Source of the DNA: a bacterium
Lineage (GTDB): Bacteria > UBA8248
Direction of reading: 5' to 3'
DNA: 64,000 bases
Assembly (NCBI GenBank): GCA_963692865.2
Contig: OY843592.1
Location: 384,001 to 448,000 of the forward strand
This document shows, piece by piece, positions 58,757-64,000 of this stretch (position 1 is its first letter; every line of letters begins with the position of its first letter). The position numbers and the translations under genes were made by a program. Below the pieces are notes generated by a model that was not told the DNA's origin, did no database searches, and saw only the letters and a program-made list of their open reading frames with translations.

Positions 58757-58961
58757 GAGCAAATGATCGGGCATGGAACCCCGTCTTGTCAAACGCGCGT
58801 GGGCGGGCGAAAACGCGAAGAGAAGGGGAGTGCGCCGAAGTCGAGCCTCTTTAGAAGGCGGGGTGAGTTGTGCTAGCCTTGGACCATAGATGCCGTTTTC
58901 CGCGTTGGGTTTTCCGATGCGGTTCAGGTTTTAACAGGCATCACTATTTGGGAGCCGGACG

Positions 58962-60008
58962 ATGTTCAAGAACTTGCGGATACGCAATTTTCGCGCGTTC
59001 GACGATTTGGAGATTCCCCGCCTGGGGCTGGTCAACCTCGTTACGGGAAAGAACAACTCCGGCAAGACGAGCCTGCTCGAAGCGCTTTTCCTGTTGTGCG
59101 GCGCAGGAAATCCCGAGATGGCGTTGCGCATCAATGCGATTCGTGGAATCGACTGGGCGCAAGGTCCAACGGCGCCCGAGACGTTATGGAAGCCGACTTT
59201 CGCTGATTTCGACATGACGAGGACCGTCGAGATTGAGGGAAATTACACGTCATACGGCCCTTTGAGGTTGAGCATCGTGCTCGATCATCCGAATACCATC
59301 CAGCTTCCTTTTGAAATTTCTGACCGTACTTTGGCGGCCGGATTTCCAAACGAAAGCGAGCTCAAGTTTTCGTTCAAAAAAGGATCGGAAAACAGGGTGG
59401 AGAGCCGCATTCGCTTGGCGGGCGAAGGATTTCAGATAGACCCGCCTGTATCTCCTCTGCCGTTTCGGGCCGTGTTGCTTTCGTCTCGTACCGGGAATCT
59501 CAGAGAGGACGCCCAGCGTCTCGGGCAGCTTCGGCAACGAAAACAGGGAGAGCTCGTGGTGAATGCTCTACAAAGCGTCGAACCGAGACTGCAAACCTTG
59601 GAAGTCAATTCCGCGTCCGGCGTTCCCATGATCCGGGGCGATGTCGGCCTGTCGGAACTCGCGCCGCTGCCGATGATGGGTGAAGGCATGACGCGAATCG
59701 CGCGTCTGATTCTGGCGATCTCCGCTGCGCCTAATAGCGTGGTTCTCGTTGACGAAGTGGAAAACGGCCTGCATCACTCTGTATTGGGCAAGGTTTGGAA
59801 AGCGATTGGGGAGGCGGCCAGACAGTTCAACACGCAGGTCGTCGCGTCGACGCACAGTTTCGAGTGCATGGAGGCGGCGCATCAATCCCTCGATGCCGAG
59901 GACTTTCTCGTTCACCGGCTCGAGAACATCGACGGAGCAATACGCTGCGTCACTCTCGGACCCGACGAAATAGAGGCGACGTTCAAACACAATCTCGAGA
60001 TGCGCTAA
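58962..60008 (+). CDS. AAA/ABC-family ATPase (AAA_15/AAA_21-like)
   Basis: IRNFRAF, TGKNNSGKTSLLEAL, MGEGMTR, VDEVENGLHH, STHS. Confidence 0.9.
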   Translation: MFKNLRIRNFRAFDDLEIPRLGLVNLVTGKNNSGKTSLLEALFLLCGAGNPEMALRINAIRGIDWAQGPTAPETLWKPTFADFDMTRTVEIEGNYTSYGPLRLSIVLDHPNTIQLPFEISDRTLAAGFPNESELKFSFKKGSENRVESRIRLAGEGFQIDPPVSPLPFRAVLLSSRTGNLREDAQRLGQLRQRKQGELVVNALQSVEPRLQTLEVNSASGVPMIRGDVGLSELAPLPMMGEGMTRIARLILAISAAPNSVVLVDEVENGLHHSVLGKVWKAIGEAARQFNTQVVASTHSFECMEAAHQSLDAEDFLVHRLENIDGAIRCVTLGPDEIEATFKHNLEMR

Positions 60009-60010
60009 GC

Positions 60011-60620
60011 ATGGCGCAATCAGAGCGAATTGAAAGGCCGAAGCAGCTTCTCGTCGAGGGCAACGACCAACGAAATTTTTTCGAGGCGCTCATCAAGAAT
60101 CTGTCGCTTCCTGATATTCAGATACAAAATTACGGTGGCGGTGACGAGTTGAGAGCCTTTCTGCCTGCATTTGTAAAGGCGCCGAATTTTGATTCCATCT
60201 CAAGCCTCGGTATCGTGCGCGACGCAGAAAGGTCTGCGCCGTCGGCGTTTCAGAGTGTTCAAGGTTCGCTCGGCAAGGTAAGCCTGCCCGTCCCCTCCAA
60301 GACTGGAGCGCGGCAGAGCGGGAACCCGGATGTAAGCGTGCTTATCCTGCCGGATTGAAAGTTCTCCGGGCATGCTCGAAACGCTCCTTTGCCGGACGTT
60401 TGAGGGTTCGGAGGTGGATCGCTGTATCGACGATTTCTTCGAGTGCGCGGAGGCTTCGCCGAACGTGTCCATCGCAAACCCGGACAAGGCGCGCGCCTTC
60501 GCCTATCTGACGACGACGCCCAATCCACGGCATTCCGTCGGCGTGGCGGCGCAGCAAGGCGTCTGGAATCTCGATCATGATGCTTTCGAAGGCGTGCGCG
60601 ATTTTCTGAAGGCGCTTTAG
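60011..60620 (+). pseudogene. DUF3226 (TOPRIM-like) protein, frameshifted
   Basis: LLVEGND, LGIVRDAE, ILPD then premature TGA; removing one T at about 60356 restores ILPDESSPGMLETL...KARAFAYL. Confidence 0.8.
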
Positions 60621-60671
60621 CCACACTGGCCGCAAATCCTCCCTCCTCTGTCAGCGAACCCTCCTTTATCG

Positions 60672-60962
60672 GGGCTGTTGAAAAAGTCCTTCTCGGTCGG
60701 GTTCGATCCGCCGTCATTCCGGCGAAAGCCGGAATCCATTTTGACTTTTCACCGGGCGGACGGCCACGACTTCGTCGCTGCGCAACGCCTGAATGCGGTA
60801 TCCGCGCGGAGTGAATGGCGGCGCGTAGCCGATTCCATCAGCGGATGAAAATGGATTCCGGCTTTCGCCGGAATGACGATCAAAAGCGAAGAGCAAAACC
60901 ACCTTCCCGCATTGGGCGGCGCTCTTTGGGCATCCTTTCCCCGGAGGGTTTTTTCAACGGCC
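60672..60962. mobile_element. MITE-like element carrying a GTCATTCCGGCGAAAGCCGGAATCC inverted pair
   Basis: GGCTGTTGAAAAAGTCC...GGTTTTTTCAACGGCC ends; internal inverted repeats at about 60713 and 60853. Confidence 0.7.
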
Positions 60963-61279
60963 CCTTCCCGGTCGCGTTTGACCTTCGGCGGCTATTCAGG
61001 GTGAGGAAAACAAAAAACACCCTTATCCCGAGTAGGGCCGCAAGGCCGTATCGAGGGACGCCGGAAAACAGCCTCCTGCCTGAAAGGCAACCCCCCTGTC
61101 CTCCCCCTTTTCAGGGGGGTAGAAGTAATGCCCATGACGAGGGGCTTTTTTAATGACCTCTCATCGGCCGGGTTCGACCCCCGTTGACACCGCGCACCCC
61201 GCGTGAAAGCATCGGGGAAACATCATCCATCCAGCGGGCGTTCGCCGCCTCCCCCCCCATTCTCGATAAGGAGAAAAAG

Positions 61280-61876
61280 ATGATTCGGCGTATCGGTCGG
61301 TGTGCGGCCGCGGCGTGTCTTGCGGTTTTCGCGGCGCTCGCGTTTTTCCCCCATCAGGCGCAAGCCGCGAATAAGGACGTCGTCTTCATCAAGGCGTTCT
61401 ATCCCCTGGACGAGCCGAGGTTCCACTGCATCGACATTCCCGGGCACCGGGACCGCGTGAGAACCACAGCCGCCCTCCTCGTCCACACCTGCAAGGAGGG
61501 CATCTGGAACCTGGACGAGCAGTTCGACCCCGCCGCCGTGGGGAAGGGCATGCTCCGGATGCCCGAATACGACCTGTGCGTCGCCGCCGCTTCCGCGGCA
61601 GACGGCGCGAAGCTGATGCTGAAAAAATGCGACGGCTCGGCGCTCCAGGACTGGCGCTTTGCGAACTACCGCTTAAGCCTCAAGGCGCATCCCGGCAAAT
61701 GCCTCACCATCGGCCCTGAACCCTCGCGCCTCACGCGGGGCGGGCGCAGGCTGCCGAGCCGCCACATGGCGCGCTCCCTCGCCCTTGAGACGTGCTCCGA
61801 AGACGCGCTCGAAAGACAGCTCTGGCGGCTGGAGAAACCCATGGAGCGCACCGGCTCCATCATGCCGTTCAAGTGA
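61280..61876 (+). CDS. Secreted ricin-B/beta-trefoil-like protein
   Basis: Signal peptide, paired Cys with QxF/QxW motifs (CIDI..HTC, LCV..KCD...QDW, CLT..TC...QLW). Confidence 0.68.
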   Translation: MIRRIGRCAAAACLAVFAALAFFPHQAQAANKDVVFIKAFYPLDEPRFHCIDIPGHRDRVRTTAALLVHTCKEGIWNLDEQFDPAAVGKGMLRMPEYDLCVAAASAADGAKLMLKKCDGSALQDWRFANYRLSLKAHPGKCLTIGPEPSRLTRGGRRLPSRHMARSLALETCSEDALERQLWRLEKPMERTGSIMPFK

Positions 61877-62039
61877 GGGCGATGCGCAGGCGCCGCAGGG
61901 ACGGGCCCCCGCGCCTGTCCTGTATCGGACCGACGGGCGGACACGCGGGTCCGCCCCTGCGTCTCGTTCCGCAAAGGTTGGCAGGCGGCGGTTCCTCCCG
62001 CATTGGTCGGAATCGACCTCCCTCTTCGGTCGGAACCGA

Positions 62040-62220
62040 CTCCTCGGGAGCGCCCCACGCATATCATGCGACCCGCGTCGTGAAGGCGGAAAGGCCGGGC
62101 CGCATGATATGTCAGACATATACGTCTGACCTGCGGGCGAAAGCCCGATTGATGCGGGAGGAGCCCCTCATCGAAAGGCACCCCCCCCTACCCCCCGGCA
62201 AGGTTTTTTTCAACAACCCC
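62040..62220. repeat. REP/MITE mosaic
   Basis: GCATATCATGCGACCC / GGGCCGCATGATATGTCAGACATATACGTCTGACC and TTTTTCAACAACC end. Confidence 0.62.
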
Positions 62221-62575
62221 TACCAGCGCAGCGAACCGCGAAGCGCCACGCCGTGGACGGGGCCTTCGTTCTCGCGCTCGCGCACGCAGCCCTCGACGCT
62301 CATGCTCAGGCGTTCGCCCAGTCGGTAGGCGCCGCCCGTCCTCCGAGGCCGAGAGGCCCGCGTAGGGCGTGAGCATCCCGCCCGCGCCCCAGTCGCTTAC
62401 GTGTTCCCCTTCATGCGCGAGGAGCCCGCGCGCCTTGAGCTCCAGCGTGAGGCCCGAGGCGGGGTTCGTGAAGCGGAGACTTCCGCCCGCCTCGACGCCG
62501 AGTCCCTCGTCCGCGTCGCCCCCGTCATGGCGGAGGCCCGCCTCCACCGAGGGCGTGAACGCGCCGCCGGATCCG
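62220..62575 (-). pseudogene. Autotransporter beta-barrel C-terminal remnant
   Basis: FTPSVEAGLRHDGGDADEGLGVEAGG...LELKARGLLAHE...LTPY, frameshifted, ending HGVALRGSLRW*. Confidence 0.7.
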
Positions 62576-62846
62576 GCGTCTTGCGCGTTTCGCCGGGGAA
62601 CCGGACGCCGTGAAGGCGCAATCCCCCGAATCACCGCGCGAAACGGCGTCCTCGAAACTCCCGGACGCATCTCGGGCCGTTCGGCGCACAGTCGATGAGG
62701 GGGAATGGAGGTGGGGCTTCCGCTTTTTCGGCCCCCGGAGGAGCCGCCTCGCGTTCAGCGGAAACCCGTGAAGCAAACTTCCGTGGATTGTATGCCGGGA
62801 ATGATCCTGGGCGATTCGGTTCGAGTTGTCAAGCGGGGATAATGGG

Positions 62847-63332
62847 GGGTTGTTGAAAAACTCCTCTCCGCCTCATCCTGAGTAGCGGCGGAGCCGCGTA
62901 TCGAAGGGGACGCCTGCTCGCCACGGCGCGGAGGGCCGGTTCCCCCACCCTTCGATACGCCCCCCGCAAGCTCGGGGCTACTCAGGATGAGGGAGGGGAT
63001 TTGGCAGGTCGAACATATATGTCCGACATATCATGCGACCCTGCTTTCGCCCATGCCGGCCATGGGCCGCATGATATGCGGCCCCTACAGGTGAAAGCCC
63101 GATTGATGCGGGGGGACCGCCTCATCGAAAGGCGCCCCCCCCCCTACCCCCCCTTGTCAGGGGTCAATTTCGAGCGATGAGCGAGAAATTGCGTACCGAT
63201 GTGTTTCTCGTCAACGGCTTATGCAAACGCTCGTTCCTCACTCGCGTTTGACCCCTGACAAGGGGGGGGTGGTTTTCTCTCTTTGTCGGAGGGTGACGGC
63301 GATGCCTTCGGCGAGGGCTTATTCAACAACCC
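62847..63332. mobile_element. Nested MITE/REP mosaic
   Basis: GGTTGTTGAAAAAC...TTCAACAACC ends; CATCCTGAGTAGC/GCTACTCAGGATG pair, REP doublet, inner CTTGTCAGGGGTCAA/TTGACCCCTGACAAG inverted repeat. Confidence 0.65.
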
Positions 63333-64000
63333 CCGGCCTGCGCGCGTTCTCTCTCCAGCTTGCGTAGAGCGCCCCGCTGTATCTTGCCCGTGGCCGTGAG
63401 GGGCAGGCTTTCGAGGAACTCCACCGCTCTCGGGTATTTGTAGGGCGCAAGCCGGGCCTTCACGAAATCCTGAAGCTCTCGGACCAGCGCGTCCCGCGCC
63501 TCGGGGGTATCGGCGACCGAGTCCGCCGAGAGGACGACGAACGCCTTCACGATCTCCCCGCGCTCGGCGTTCGGGGAACCGACCACCGCGCATTCCCGGA
63601 CTTTCGCGTGTTCGAGCAGCACGGCCTCCACCTCCAGGCCCGAGACGTTGTATCCCCCGGTGTTGATCATGTCGTCGGTCCGCGCCTCGAAGGAGATGTA
63701 GCCCTCCGCGTCGACGCGGCAGAGGTCGCCCGTCATGTTCCAGCCCTCGCGCACGTAGCCCCGCTGGCGCTCGGCGTCGTCGAGATAGCGGCACCCGGTG
63801 GGGCCTTTGACGATCATCTGCCCCACCTCGCCGGGCGGCGCATCGCGCATCCCCTCGTCCACCACGCGCACCCGGTAGCCGGGCACGGCGCGGCCGATCT
63901 TGCCGGGGCGCACGTCTTCCCCGCTCGCCGAGATGAAGATGTGCAGAAGCTCCGAGATGCCCAGCCCGTTGATGATCGAAACCCCCGTGCGCCCGCGCCA
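63323..64000 (-). CDS. AMP-dependent acyl-CoA ligase (aromatic acid-CoA ligase-like), 5' end outside window
   Basis: GRAVPGY, GPTGCRYL, TGD, RTDDMI..GGYNV, APYKYPR, LP.TATGKIQR. Confidence 0.88.
   Translation of the reverse strand, partial: WRGRTGVSIINGLGISELLHIFISASGEDVRPGKIGRAVPGYRVRVVDEGMRDAPPGEVGQMIVKGPTGCRYLDDAERQRGYVREGWNMTGDLCRVDAEGYISFEARTDDMINTGGYNVSGLEVEAVLLEHAKVRECAVVGSPNAERGEIVKAFVVLSADSVADTPEARDALVRELQDFVKARLAPYKYPRAVEFLESLPLTATGKIQRGALRKLERERAQAGGC

Overview
High-GC bacterial chromosomal window. The left half is metabolic: a partial TRAP DctP, an intact urtABCDE-ureABC-ureEFGD urea uptake/urease cluster, MmgE/PrpD and MetE-like genes, and a long catabolic cluster (two TctABC transporters, a Liv-type ABC transporter, LLM oxidoreductase, transglutaminase-like protein, aldehyde dehydrogenase). 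The centre (about 30-45 kb) is a defence/mobile hotspot. It holds an IS1182 remnant, a Fic cassette between duplicated gene ends, a disarmed DUF3467-HicB-PIN module and a complete compact type II-C CRISPR-Cas9 locus (tracrRNA, 1002-aa Cas9, cas1, cas2, 38 repeats/37 spacers). Next to the array sit a second mini-array with a different 36-nt repeat but the same leader, an HsdS-like fragment, and an AAA ATPase-DUF4276 pair whose 3' end has been replaced by the CRISPR leader. A ~10-kb housekeeping block (EamA x2, degP-like, diadenylate cyclase, gatAB, cytochrome c') is bracketed by 104-bp inverted repeats. The right end has an att-like tRNA 3' fragment, a Gly-rich lipoprotein preceded by two copies of an unannotated promoter-plus-structured-RNA motif, a second AAA ATPase-DUF3226 pair (frameshifted) and an autotransporter remnant. 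Intergenic regions are filled with composite MITE/REP elements. Family assignments come from motif recognition by eye, not database searches.
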